This document shows, in pieces, positions 7,577 to 16,439 of a DNA stretch of 50,660 nucleotides. The translations under genes and the position numbers were made by a program. The notes beneath the pieces are model-generated. The model was not told the DNA's origin. It saw only the letters and a list, made by a program, of their open reading frames with translations, and did no database searches. This DNA is from a virus: the IMG/VR virus record IMGVR_UViG_3300026472_000004; one strand, given 5' to 3'. How positions within the stretch are numbered: position 1 is the stretch's first letter; each line of letters begins with the position of its first letter.

Positions 7577-7837
7577 ATGGGACCAATGAATATGAAATCA
7601 AATTTAGCACAAGAACTAGAATCAGGCAAATACATGAATGGCGATGTGGTTGTGTATATGAATCACATCAAAATAAAAGACTTACAAACGGTAGAAGCGT
7701 ATCAACCGAATAATTACTACTGGTTAGAAAGCGGTAAATTGGTAAAGGAAGCGGATATACGAACAGCCACTTTGCCAGAGCTATTTCATAAACGCCGTTT
7801 AGATGAAATCGAGCAATCGATTGCGGAGGTTTCATGA
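7577..7837 (+). CDS. Hypothetical protein
   Basis: 86-aa ORF in the rightward early operon. Confidence 0.55.
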   Translation: MGPMNMKSNLAQELESGKYMNGDVVVYMNHIKIKDLQTVEAYQPNNYYWLESGKLVKEADIRTATLPELFHKRRLDEIEQSIAEVS

Positions 7838-8130
7838 ATAGTCATTTTCAAATTAAACATGAGAATAAGCAGACTCAGGAAATCCAATCATTTTATGAAC
7901 CAACTTTGCTTTTGCTGAACCATATTCATGACATCAAAAAAGGCAATCTAAGAATGCGTGGTTACAACGAAGAGAATGCAGCTGTAACCAAAGAAGAATT
8001 GGCCCAAAAGATGGCTTATAGATTCAAGATCACAATTTGGTTATCACATCAGGTTATTACGAGCTTGATTAAAGCTGAACAGGTCATTTCATTTGGTGGG
8101 TACGTAAAGCCTAAGGTCGGTGAATTATGA
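7834..8130 (+). CDS. Hypothetical protein
   Basis: 98-aa ORF; start and stop overlap on both sides. Confidence 0.55.
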   Translation: MNSHFQIKHENKQTQEIQSFYEPTLLLLNHIHDIKKGNLRMRGYNEENAAVTKEELAQKMAYRFKITIWLSHQVITSLIKAEQVISFGGYVKPKVGEL

Positions 8131-9101
8131 GCTTAGATGCAACCATTTGGGCATGGAAAATTAGACAAAAACAAAAGAAAGGCGGCAGTATAAAACCTTT
8201 AAAAAAATTGGTTTTACTGTCACTTGCGGATCGTGCAAGTGAGGATCATTGCGCTTATCCAAGTGTGGCCAGATTGGTTGAAGATACCGAAATGGATCGT
8301 AAAACCGTTTTAAAAATCATCGATGAATTGGTTGAAGATGGATTAATTATTGATACTGGAGAGCGGAAAGGACGCACAAAACAGGTAAAAGTTTATCAAT
8401 TGATGGGTGTATGTGGTCGTGAAACAGTACCAATAACGGTACTGTTAAGTGATGAAAATCAGGACTTAAACAATACCAACAATGGTACTATTAAAGGGTC
8501 TAAAGAGTCCCAACAATGGAACAGTACCAATAATGGAACAGTTCCAACAATTCCATTAAACAGTCCCAACAATTCCGTTAAAGGGTCCCAACGTTGGGAC
8601 ACGGAATCTTTCAAAGAATCTATTAATGAATCTAAAAATAAAAATGGGTGGCTTTGTTTTAAAAAACTTCGTTTGGAATTAGAACAGGCTGATCCCAATG
8701 TGACACCAAAAGAAATTATCGAAGCAAGTTGGTTTGAGCGCGAAAAGAAAACTTTCGAACTTTTTAATGCTGGAAATAATCTTTGTGATGACTTGATGAT
8801 TTACCACTTTGCTGACTGGCTTTTAAAAAATCGCCATAAATACGGAAATAAACCTAAATCTGAGAAAATTAATTTAGATCCTGATTTCCTAGTTTTTGTT
8901 TCACCAAGTCAGATGTACATGTTTGCAAACAAACTTGCTCGCCATCCAGAAGTTATCAGCAAGTACAGCACTGCAGGTGAATCATATGAGAATCTTGCTG
9001 GTCGAATAGCTGGAAAGCTTGCTGATCCATCTGAACGCCAGAACTGGAAATCATACCTTGCTGACGTTGGATTTAAACCTAAGGGCAGAGGTGCTGCCTG
9101 A
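8127..9101 (+). CDS. Replication initiator, lambda O-like (N-terminal winged HTH)
   Basis: The motif WAW...KLVLLSLADRAS...CYPS...L...I..L...GLI is typical of phage replication HTH_36-type proteins. There is an iteron cluster inside the gene. Confidence 0.65.
   Translation: MSLDATIWAWKIRQKQKKGGSIKPLKKLVLLSLADRASEDHCAYPSVARLVEDTEMDRKTVLKIIDELVEDGLIIDTGERKGRTKQVKVYQLMGVCGRETVPITVLLSDENQDLNNTNNGTIKGSKESQQWNSTNNGTVPTIPLNSPNNSVKGSQRWDTESFKESINESKNKNGWLCFKKLRLELEQADPNVTPKEIIEASWFEREKKTFELFNAGNNLCDDLMIYHFADWLLKNRHKYGNKPKSEKINLDPDFLVFVSPSQMYMFANKLARHPEVISKYSTAGESYENLAGRIAGKLADPSERQNWKSYLADVGFKPKGRGAA
8470..8600. repeat. Iteron-like repeats (CCAAYAAT x5 plus palindrome TCCCAACGTTGGGA), candidate ori
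   Basis: Copies start at about 8475, 8508, 8526, 8543 and 8564, and the palindrome is at 8586-8599. They encode the low-complexity N/T/G linker of the O-like protein. Confidence 0.5.
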
Positions 9102-9503
9102 ATGTCTAGCATCTCAATCGCTGAATATCAAAAGAAATACGTGGCTAAGGCTAAACGTAAAGCTAAGCGCAGTAATTCATTAAAAAAAGAACGTGTTGTA
9201 AGTGATGGTGAAGCAACATTAATTCAGCATTTGAGAGCTTACGGTATCGAATTTAAACAAGAGTATCAGTTCAATGAGAATCGAAGATGGAGAGCTGATT
9301 TTCATATAACTGGTACCAAGATTTTAATTGAGGTTGAAGGAGGTATTTGGAGCAATGGCAGACATACAAGGGGGAAAGGTTACATAGCAGATATGGAGAA
9401 ATATAACTCAGCTCAGGAACTGGGTTATTTAGTGTTTAGATATAGCACTGAACAGGTGAGAAGCGGCAAGGCGATTGAAGAAATTAGACGGTTGAAAGGG
9501 TGA
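9102..9503 (+). CDS. Vsr/DUF559-like PD-(D/E)xK endonuclease, copy 1
   Basis: RWRADFHI...LIEVEGGIW motif; paralog of 12121-12564. Confidence 0.6.
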   Translation: MSSISIAEYQKKYVAKAKRKAKRSNSLKKERVVSDGEATLIQHLRAYGIEFKQEYQFNENRRWRADFHITGTKILIEVEGGIWSNGRHTRGKGYIADMEKYNSAQELGYLVFRYSTEQVRSGKAIEEIRRLKG

Positions 9504-9507
9504 TTAT

Positions 9508-10023
9508 ATGAATGCAGCAATTACAATTATGCAGGCAACAGACTGGAATAAGTACAGCTTTGAGGAATGGTGTCGCCAGTTAGGGGCTTGGATAAATGGT
9601 GATAATGAAACAATGGTACGTATTGTAAAAACAATGCCAACAAAACGAATTACGCAAAAGCAGCGTGAAAGACTACTTGCAATGTACATGAAAGATGAGA
9701 ATTTTATAGATCGTTTGTGTGTAAAGCGCAAAGGGATTTGCTGTGAATTAAATAGCAATGAAGCGAGAGCAATCCAAAAATTATTAATTGATCTTCAATC
9801 TATAGATGATGAGGTTGTACAGGATTGGATCGGTTCAATTTGGTGGCATTACGTAATGGGTGAGTCATTGCGAGATATAGCTAAAAGCAATGATACTTAT
9901 ATTGCTCAAATTCAGCAGGACATTAAATGCGGTTTAGCCTTCATAAAATCACGATATCCACACTTTTTAATTGAAAAATTCATAAAAGTTGAAAAACAAA
10001 TTAAGGATATTGAATCCACTTGA
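9508..10023 (+). CDS. Q-like late-gene antiterminator (putative)
   Basis: WCRQLGAWI..., NEARAIQKLL... and WWHYVMGESLRDIAK resemble the Phage_antitermQ family. Its position is just upstream of a promoter plus terminator and the late genes. Confidence 0.55.
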   Translation: MNAAITIMQATDWNKYSFEEWCRQLGAWINGDNETMVRIVKTMPTKRITQKQRERLLAMYMKDENFIDRLCVKRKGICCELNSNEARAIQKLLIDLQSIDDEVVQDWIGSIWWHYVMGESLRDIAKSNDTYIAQIQQDIKCGLAFIKSRYPHFLIEKFIKVEKQIKDIEST

Positions 10024-10048
10024 CTGTATATACAGGGTATGGCATATT
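10020..10048 (+). promoter_or_regulatory. Putative late promoter (PR'-like): TTGACT-N17-CATATT
   Basis: The -35 overlaps the Q-like stop codon. A terminator follows about 50 nt downstream. Confidence 0.5.
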
Positions 10049-10086
10049 TGTGATATCTTGGCGAATTTGTATAACACCGCCGTCTA

Positions 10087-10110
10087 AAACCTCGCATTGC
10101 GGGGTTTTTT
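10087..10110 (+). terminator. Rho-independent terminator (tR'-like)
   Basis: CCTCGC-ATT-GCGGGG (one G.U pair) followed by TTTTTT. Confidence 0.65.
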
Positions 10111-10211
10111 AATGTTCAAAGTGTATGGAATTTAAAATGAATTTGATTAAAATAAGAATTAGATTAAAACTTGAAAAGGATTAAAAAATTAAAACTTTTG
10201 ATGAGTTACCG

Positions 10212-11090
10212 TTGGTTCTTCAATTGCAACATCTAGCTCAAAAGGCTGATTCTGATATTGAAGAATTATTAAGACGAAGCATTTTAGTAGCTACTAAATT
10301 AAATTTAGAAGATTTTGAGCAATGGTGTCGTCAAGAATTATTTGGATATAGTGGAAAATATGAGAATTTACCTTCATATAGAAAAAAAAGAGGGACTTTA
10401 TATGTTAGGAATCCCTACCATGGTTTACAACCTCTCTATCTCTCTGATGAGAAAACTAATGAGTTAATAACAAGGGCAGATTTCTCCCAATCTGTAGGTG
10501 AGCTGGCTATCTTATCGGCTGGAGGGGGGTATCTTGAAAAACAATTGCCAAATGCAGCAATTGACTTTCTTTTAGAAGTTCAAGGTAATTATCCATCTCC
10601 ACCAGTACTAAAAGTTGATAAAGCACTTACGAAAAGTGTATTAACCCATGTTAGAAATAAAATATATGATTGGTCCGTGACCCTAGAGAGAGCTGGTGTT
10701 TTGGGTGAGGGAATGCAATTTACTAAAGAGGAAAAAGAGAAAGCAATGTCAAATACAACTTATAATATTGGAAATATGCAGGGTGTTGCTGGTCATGTAC
10801 AAGATAGTTCTGTGACGCAAACAAACCAAATGATTGTTAATCAGATGGATATAACAACCTTACTAACTACATTAAAAAATGTTGGTATTTCTGAAAGAGA
10901 TTTAAATGAATTACAGCAAGCAATTACTGATGATGAAAAGCCTGTTGCTAAAAACAATTTTGGAGAAAGAGTCTCTAAATGGTACGGTAGGATGATAACT
11001 AAGGCAGCAGATGGAACTTGGGAAATTGGAGTTGCTGTAGCAGCTAATTTACTTACGGAATCCTTGAATAGTTTTTATGGTTTAAGTTGA
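10212..11090 (+). CDS. AbiTii-like abortive-infection domain protein (TTG start)
   Basis: The N-terminus (IEELLRRSILVATKLNLEDFEQWCRQELFGY) matches my recollection of the AbiTii N-terminal signature (...W...ELNGY). AT-rich, with its own terminator. Confidence 0.5.
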   Translation: MVLQLQHLAQKADSDIEELLRRSILVATKLNLEDFEQWCRQELFGYSGKYENLPSYRKKRGTLYVRNPYHGLQPLYLSDEKTNELITRADFSQSVGELAILSAGGGYLEKQLPNAAIDFLLEVQGNYPSPPVLKVDKALTKSVLTHVRNKIYDWSVTLERAGVLGEGMQFTKEEKEKAMSNTTYNIGNMQGVAGHVQDSSVTQTNQMIVNQMDITTLLTTLKNVGISERDLNELQQAITDDEKPVAKNNFGERVSKWYGRMITKAADGTWEIGVAVAANLLTESLNSFYGLS

Positions 11091-11146
11091 TTACAGTTCA
11101 ACTTAATAATTAAGAAAAATTAGCCGAACGGATTACGGCACAAAGA

Positions 11147-11190
11147 ACCCCGCTCAATTCTAGATATTGGCGGGGTCTTATTCTTTATTT
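11147..11190 (+). terminator. Rho-independent terminator
   Basis: AACCCCGC-N16-GCGGGGT followed by a T-rich tail. Confidence 0.55.
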
Positions 11191-11270
11191 AAGAGGCAAG
11201 TTTTTTAGCAATATTTTCTAATATATTATGATATTATTTTTTTGATATTTATTTTTTACTTAGAAAAAAG

Positions 11271-12038
11271 ATGAAGTTTGGAATATGTAAATTATGTGAT
11301 GAAGAGAAAGAATTAAAAAATTCTCATGTAATTGGAAGAGCTGTTTTTAGAAAAGCCTTAAAAGGATCTAAATATACTTTAAGATTTGATCCAAATTTCA
11401 AAAAAGTGGTTAAAGATCAAGATCAATGGGCTACATATATGCTTTGTGGTGAGTGTGAGCATAAATTAAATTCTAGATATGAAACATATGCATTGGATGC
11501 ATTAAGGAATAGAATTAAAACAGTCAAACATAAAGAAAAAAATGAGTATTTTGAGATACAAGGTATTGATCAGACAAAATTAAATTTATATTTGCTATCA
11601 ATTTTATGGAGAGGTATTGAGTCTAATCATGAAGTCTTTGAAAAACTCAATATCTTTAACATTACTCCAGTGGTCAAAAAATTATTCAAAGACTGTATTA
11701 ATGATGAGCGTATATATAGATCTGAATGTTTTAACATTAGGATATCCAAATTAGTTAATTCTATTGAAACTCTTAAAATTAAAGAAATTGATTTTATAAC
11801 TGGTTTTTCCTGCAACATAGATGAAAAAGGTCGTATAAGGTTCTTAACAATATTTGAAGGTTATAGTTTTGAATTTTTTTTCCTTACAGATATTTCTCAA
11901 ATCGTTACAGGTTTAGGTGTACTTAAGAAAAATAAGCGTATTCTTAAAATGCCATATATTGATGTTTTTTCAATTCCTGAATTTAGAAAAAGTCTTTTAA
12001 AAATGCTTGAATCACAAAAAAATGAAAAAGCTTCATAA
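11271..12038 (+). CDS. Cys4 (CxxC...CxxC) zinc-ribbon protein of unknown function, possibly HNH-like
   Basis: CKLC-x9-SHVIGR ... CGECEHKLN. Very AT-rich, with an AT-rich promoter-like region upstream. Confidence 0.6.
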   Translation: MKFGICKLCDEEKELKNSHVIGRAVFRKALKGSKYTLRFDPNFKKVVKDQDQWATYMLCGECEHKLNSRYETYALDALRNRIKTVKHKEKNEYFEIQGIDQTKLNLYLLSILWRGIESNHEVFEKLNIFNITPVVKKLFKDCINDERIYRSECFNIRISKLVNSIETLKIKEIDFITGFSCNIDEKGRIRFLTIFEGYSFEFFFLTDISQIVTGLGVLKKNKRILKMPYIDVFSIPEFRKSLLKMLESQKNEKAS

Positions 12039-12120
12039 GCAGAGTGAGATTTGAATATCCATACCTCTTTTAATAATTTAATGCATAAATGCACTTGATC
12101 TATTTAATTGCGGGCTATTA

Positions 12121-12564
12121 ATGGAAATTAACCAATACACCAAGCTAACAAAAAAAAAGCCTAATAAAACAAAACCAAGAACAAGACCACTGCCTAAGGC
12201 GAAACAGAATTATTTAGAAGCTGATGAAACTTTACATCAAGAACTTAGCGATTTATTTATTGGGTATGAACGTAAATTTCAACCAATCCACACTAAAAAT
12301 TGGCGATTCGATTTTCATATCGTGAAGTTAAGACTTCTTATTGAAATTGAGGGAAGCTCATGGTCTGGTGGGCGAAGTGGTAAGTTAGCCAATAAAGCTT
12401 GGAGTGTTGATCGCTATGATCAAACAGAAGAGTTAGGTTATAAAATTGAGCGATTTCACCCAGATCAGATTCTTTCAGGTTATGTAATCAATTTGATTCA
12501 AGGGCATTTTGAGAGATTAGAAAATGGAACAGATCCGACCATTTCCACCGACAGAATTGATTGA
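12121..12564 (+). CDS. Vsr/DUF559-like PD-(D/E)xK endonuclease, copy 2
   Basis: NWRFDFHI...LIEIEGSSWSGG, alignable with 9102-9503. Confidence 0.6.
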   Translation: MEINQYTKLTKKKPNKTKPRTRPLPKAKQNYLEADETLHQELSDLFIGYERKFQPIHTKNWRFDFHIVKLRLLIEIEGSSWSGGRSGKLANKAWSVDRYDQTEELGYKIERFHPDQILSGYVINLIQGHFERLENGTDPTISTDRID

Positions 12565-13165
12565 TCAAGCTGAGGAAGAAGAAGCGATTCGCCTGGCACC
12601 CGGATTAGATTTAAAAGAATGGGTGATCACAAACTTCTTAACGCTTGGCGGTGCACTTCATAATCCCGACCATGACCACATAGCAGAGCTATTACATGAC
12701 GATGAAACATTCTTAGCATTCGCTTGGGCATCATCTGCCGCCGTAGCTAAAAAACGGATGGTGTTAGGCCAGTGTGAAAAAGTAATGTTTAACCAGGGTG
12801 GATGGCGTAAAGCTCGACAAGAACAACAAATGCGCGACTGGTTTGGGTTTGTACCTATATATCTCATTACGGTTGATGCAAGCTTTTGTGAAAGTGCGAA
12901 CGATCGTGAATTTTGTGCTTTGATTGAGCATGAGCTATATCACATCGGTGTTGAGCGTGACGAGGATGGGGAGATCCTCTATAGCGATCGTACAGGCTTA
13001 CCAAAACATTATTTAACTGGCCATGATGTAGAAGAATTTATCGGAGTGGTCAAACGCTGGGGAGCAAGCAAAAACGTCAAGCGAATGGTTGAGGTCGCTA
13101 ATAACCCGCCGTTTGTATCAGATTTAAATATTTCCAAGTGCTGCGGAACATGTCTAATTAATTGA
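12524..13165 (+). CDS. Putative phage metallopeptidase (HExxH)
   Basis: IEHELYHIG motif; located upstream of the terminase genes. Confidence 0.55.
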   Translation: MEQIRPFPPTELIDQAEEEEAIRLAPGLDLKEWVITNFLTLGGALHNPDHDHIAELLHDDETFLAFAWASSAAVAKKRMVLGQCEKVMFNQGGWRKARQEQQMRDWFGFVPIYLITVDASFCESANDREFCALIEHELYHIGVERDEDGEILYSDRTGLPKHYLTGHDVEEFIGVVKRWGASKNVKRMVEVANNPPFVSDLNISKCCGTCLIN

Positions 13166-13185
13166 GCCTTGAGGCTCTTTTTTTT
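13164..13185 (+). terminator. Rho-independent terminator
   Basis: GAGCC-TTGA-GGCTC followed by T8. Confidence 0.65.
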
Positions 13186-13223
13186 GGCTATCTTGCTTTA
13201 CGTAGCTTTACAAAGGGGCATTT

Positions 13224-13745
13224 ATGGCAACATTAAGGGAGCCTATAAAAATCTTTATAGTTCAATCTCTTGCTTGCTTTGAAACCCCTCAACAGGTAGT
13301 AGAGTCTGTAAAGCAAGAATTTAATATTGAAATATTGCGACAACAGGTAGCGCTATACGATCCAACAAAAGCAACAGGTAAGAATCTTAGTAAAAAATTA
13401 AAGGATCTTTTTACTCGAACTAGAAAAGAGTTTCAGACCAATATTCATGATATTCCTTTGGCAAATAAGGCTGTTCGTCTGACTGAATTACAGAAAATGT
13501 ATGACAGCCTTACTGGCAATCGTGTCATGAAAACCAAACTGTTAAAGCAGATCAAAGATGAGATGCAGGGATACGAAATTCAATTATTAGATGCTCAGCT
13601 TAAGCAACTTGAAATTGACAAGATCAAAAATGGTGATGGTGAAGGAGCTGACGATCCTACTCCAGTTAAGGTGACCGTTCAGGTTGTAGATGCGAGTAAA
13701 GAAGATGCCAAACATCAATCCGACCCTGAATGTACCTCAGGCTAA
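13224..13745 (+). CDS. Terminase small subunit (DUF2280-like)
   Basis: The N-terminus (KIFIVQSLACFETPQQVVESVKQEF...QVALYDPTK) matches the DUF2280 pattern. It directly precedes TerL. Confidence 0.65.
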   Translation: MATLREPIKIFIVQSLACFETPQQVVESVKQEFNIEILRQQVALYDPTKATGKNLSKKLKDLFTRTRKEFQTNIHDIPLANKAVRLTELQKMYDSLTGNRVMKTKLLKQIKDEMQGYEIQLLDAQLKQLEIDKIKNGDGEGADDPTPVKVTVQVVDASKEDAKHQSDPECTSG

Positions 13746-14997
13746 TTTTCTACAGCTTAAAAATAAGTTTCGTGCATTTGTCGCAGGGTTTGGATCGGGA
13801 AAGACGTGGGTGGGATGTTCAAGTCTATGTGATAAATCTTGGGAATTTCCGAAAGTACCTTTGGGTTACTTTGCACCAACCTATCCTCAGATACGAGATA
13901 TTTTCTTTCCTACCATTGATGAAGTTGCTTTTGACTGGGGCCTTAAGACCAAGATTTATGAGTCAAATAAAGAAGTTGATATCTATTATGGTCGCCAGTA
14001 TAGAAGCACAATCATTTGTCGATCTATGGAAAAACCTCAAACAATTGTTGGTTTTAAGATTGGACATGCGCTAATAGATGAACTTGATGTAATGCCGACA
14101 ATCAAGGCGCAACAAGCGTGGCGAAAAATCATTGCTCGTATGCGTGTAAAGCATCCTGGTCTAATCAACGGTATTGATGTTGCCACCACTCCAGAAGGCT
14201 TTAAGTTCACACATCAACAGTTTGTAAAAGAGGCAAATTTAACACCCACAAAGCGCGCACTGTATGGAATGATTCAGGCATCAACATATGACAATGAGGC
14301 TAACTTGCCAGATGATTATATTTCATCGCTATTTGAGTCATACCCACCACAGTTAATTTCAGCATATCTGAAAGGGCAATTTGTCAACTTGACAAGTGGT
14401 GCTGTATATCCTGATTTTGATCGAAAGCTCAATCATACTGATGCAGAGATTCAGCCAAATGAGCCTCTAATTATAGGTATGGACTTTAACGTATTAAAAA
14501 TGGCTGCGGTTGTTTATGTGATTCGTGACGGCAGACCTATGGCGTTGGATGAGTTGGTAGGGGGGAGAGATACCCCAACCATGGCAACGCTGCTCAATGA
14601 GAGATTTCCGTTTCATGACATGACTGTGATTCCTGATGCTTCAGGGCAAGCAACATCATCGAAAGGCGCGAGCGAATCAGACCATGCGATATTAAGAAAG
14701 GCGGGATTTAGGGTAGAAGCTGATGGCGTAAATCCTGCAATTAAAGATCGAATTAACGCAGTTAATGCACTGATTTTAAATGCTGATGGCGAAAGAACAC
14801 TACTGGTCAATACAAACAAGTGTCCACGGTTCACAGAAACGCTTGAGCAACAAGTTTACGATGATTTTGGACTACCTGATAAGAAATCGGGTCTTGATCA
14901 TGTGGGGGATGCTGGGGGTTATCCGCTTGCCAAAAGATTCCCAATTGTTAAACCAGTCAGTCGCATAGACATCCCAATTTTCGGACGAAGAAGATGA
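13705..14997 (+). CDS. Terminase large subunit
   Basis: Walker A GFGSGKT and position. Start chosen at Met6 of the track ORF. Confidence 0.85.
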   Translation: MPNINPTLNVPQANFLQLKNKFRAFVAGFGSGKTWVGCSSLCDKSWEFPKVPLGYFAPTYPQIRDIFFPTIDEVAFDWGLKTKIYESNKEVDIYYGRQYRSTIICRSMEKPQTIVGFKIGHALIDELDVMPTIKAQQAWRKIIARMRVKHPGLINGIDVATTPEGFKFTHQQFVKEANLTPTKRALYGMIQASTYDNEANLPDDYISSLFESYPPQLISAYLKGQFVNLTSGAVYPDFDRKLNHTDAEIQPNEPLIIGMDFNVLKMAAVVYVIRDGRPMALDELVGGRDTPTMATLLNERFPFHDMTVIPDASGQATSSKGASESDHAILRKAGFRVEADGVNPAIKDRINAVNALILNADGERTLLVNTNKCPRFTETLEQQVYDDFGLPDKKSGLDHVGDAGGYPLAKRFPIVKPVSRIDIPIFGRRR

Positions 14998-16439
14998 CAA
15001 TTACCACAAAACACCCGGACTACAGTGCAAATCTTGATTTATGGACAAAGGTAGATGACGTTTGTAAGGGGCAGAAAACCGTAAAAGGTAAAGGAAAAAC
15101 CTATCTACCAGTACCTGAAACCTTTGGCGATGGAGATAATGCACGTTATCAGGATTACTTGGGGCGTGCAGTTTTCTACGGCGTGACAGGGCGTACTTTG
15201 AATAGTTATGTCGGTTCAGCATTCAATAAATTGCCTGAATTTAAGCGACCAGATGAACTTGAATACTTAGAGCGTAATGCTGATGGCTCTGGTCGCTCAA
15301 TATTTCAATGCTCGCAGCGCATGTTACGCTTGATCATGAAGCATTACCGTTGCGCCGTGTATGTTGATTATCCGAATGTACAACCAAGCCGTAACAGAGA
15401 TGACGATAAGGGTAAGAATGCATTTCCGATGATTCATACGCTGAATGCACGTTCTGTAGTGGACTGGGATTACATTATCATTGGCAATCAAAAGAAATTA
15501 AGCTTTGTCAAAATCATTGAGGTTGTGTCATCTCGTGGTGAAGATGGATTTACTCGTTGTTTTCAAGAGCAATACAGAGTCCTAAGACTTGAAGAGATTG
15601 GTGGGCGTTATGTGTATTCAGTTCAAGTTTATTCTTGTGATAAGGATAAGAAATGGATTGATGGTGTGAAATACACACCTACAGATTACAAGGGCGAAAC
15701 ATGGGATTACATTCCATTCTCATTTTGTGGTGCTGTAGATAACTCAGATGAAATCGACAATGCGCCATTGCTTGAACTTGCTGATTTAAACCTTGCACAT
15801 TATCGCAATTCTGCCGATGTAGAAGAATCGGGATTTATTGTGGGCCAACCAACTATCTGCTTGCCAAATGTTACTGAGCAACAATATGACATCATTAAAC
15901 GTGATGATCTTGCAATCGGCTCTCGAAGCGGATTCCCAACCAAAGTTGAAATTGTTCAAGCTGAAGGTAATAACTTGGCAAAACAATTGATGACAGACAA
16001 ATGGGGGCAGATGAAAGAAATGGGTGCTCGTTTGATCGAGGTTGGTTCTGCAAATAAAACAGCAACTCAGGCAGATAACGAGGATTCAATTCAGCATTCA
16101 GTTGTATCGCTTGCCGTGTCCAATATTAGTGAAGCCTTAACAATGGCCTTGCGCTGGTGTGCCAAGTTTGCATTGCAAAATTATGATTTAAGTTCTGAAG
16201 AACTCAGCTATGTGATTTCCCAAGACTTTAATAAGCCGAAATTCAGTGAGGATCGTGCAAAACGCCTTTATGAAGCATGCGTCGGTAGTAATTTGCCTTG
16301 GTCAGTTTGGTACAAATATGAACAGACTGGAATGTTTACTGAAGAAAAGTGGGATGAAATCGAAAAGCAGATCGAAACACAGCGCTTAAATACGCCGTTG
16401 AATGGATATGTGCCTAATTCGGGTGGTGATGATGAATGA
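14994..16439 (+). CDS. Portal protein
   Basis: 481 aa, directly after TerL with an ATGA-type overlap. Confidence 0.75.
   Translation: MTITTKHPDYSANLDLWTKVDDVCKGQKTVKGKGKTYLPVPETFGDGDNARYQDYLGRAVFYGVTGRTLNSYVGSAFNKLPEFKRPDELEYLERNADGSGRSIFQCSQRMLRLIMKHYRCAVYVDYPNVQPSRNRDDDKGKNAFPMIHTLNARSVVDWDYIIIGNQKKLSFVKIIEVVSSRGEDGFTRCFQEQYRVLRLEEIGGRYVYSVQVYSCDKDKKWIDGVKYTPTDYKGETWDYIPFSFCGAVDNSDEIDNAPLLELADLNLAHYRNSADVEESGFIVGQPTICLPNVTEQQYDIIKRDDLAIGSRSGFPTKVEIVQAEGNNLAKQLMTDKWGQMKEMGARLIEVGSANKTATQADNEDSIQHSVVSLAVSNISEALTMALRWCAKFALQNYDLSSEELSYVISQDFNKPKFSEDRAKRLYEACVGSNLPWSVWYKYEQTGMFTEEKWDEIEKQIETQRLNTPLNGYVPNSGGDDE

Noticed and set aside
8470-8600. Short repeats considered as a possible CRISPR-like array
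   Set aside because: The repeats are only 8-12 nt, irregularly spaced and lie inside a coding region. No cas genes are present. They are better explained as replication iterons.
13730-14074. Alternative-frame and antisense ORFs inside structural genes (13730-14074, 14613-14834, 15001-15222, 15786-16089, 17146-17467, 18851-19267, 20046-20279, 23871-24089, 24701-24913, 26299-26481, 29059-29280, 32912-33253, 34925-35194, 36749-37090, 37411-38843)
   Set aside because: They are embedded in long ORFs that carry recognisable phage protein motifs. Their translations are low-complexity or Cys/Leu-rich, as expected for shadow frames.
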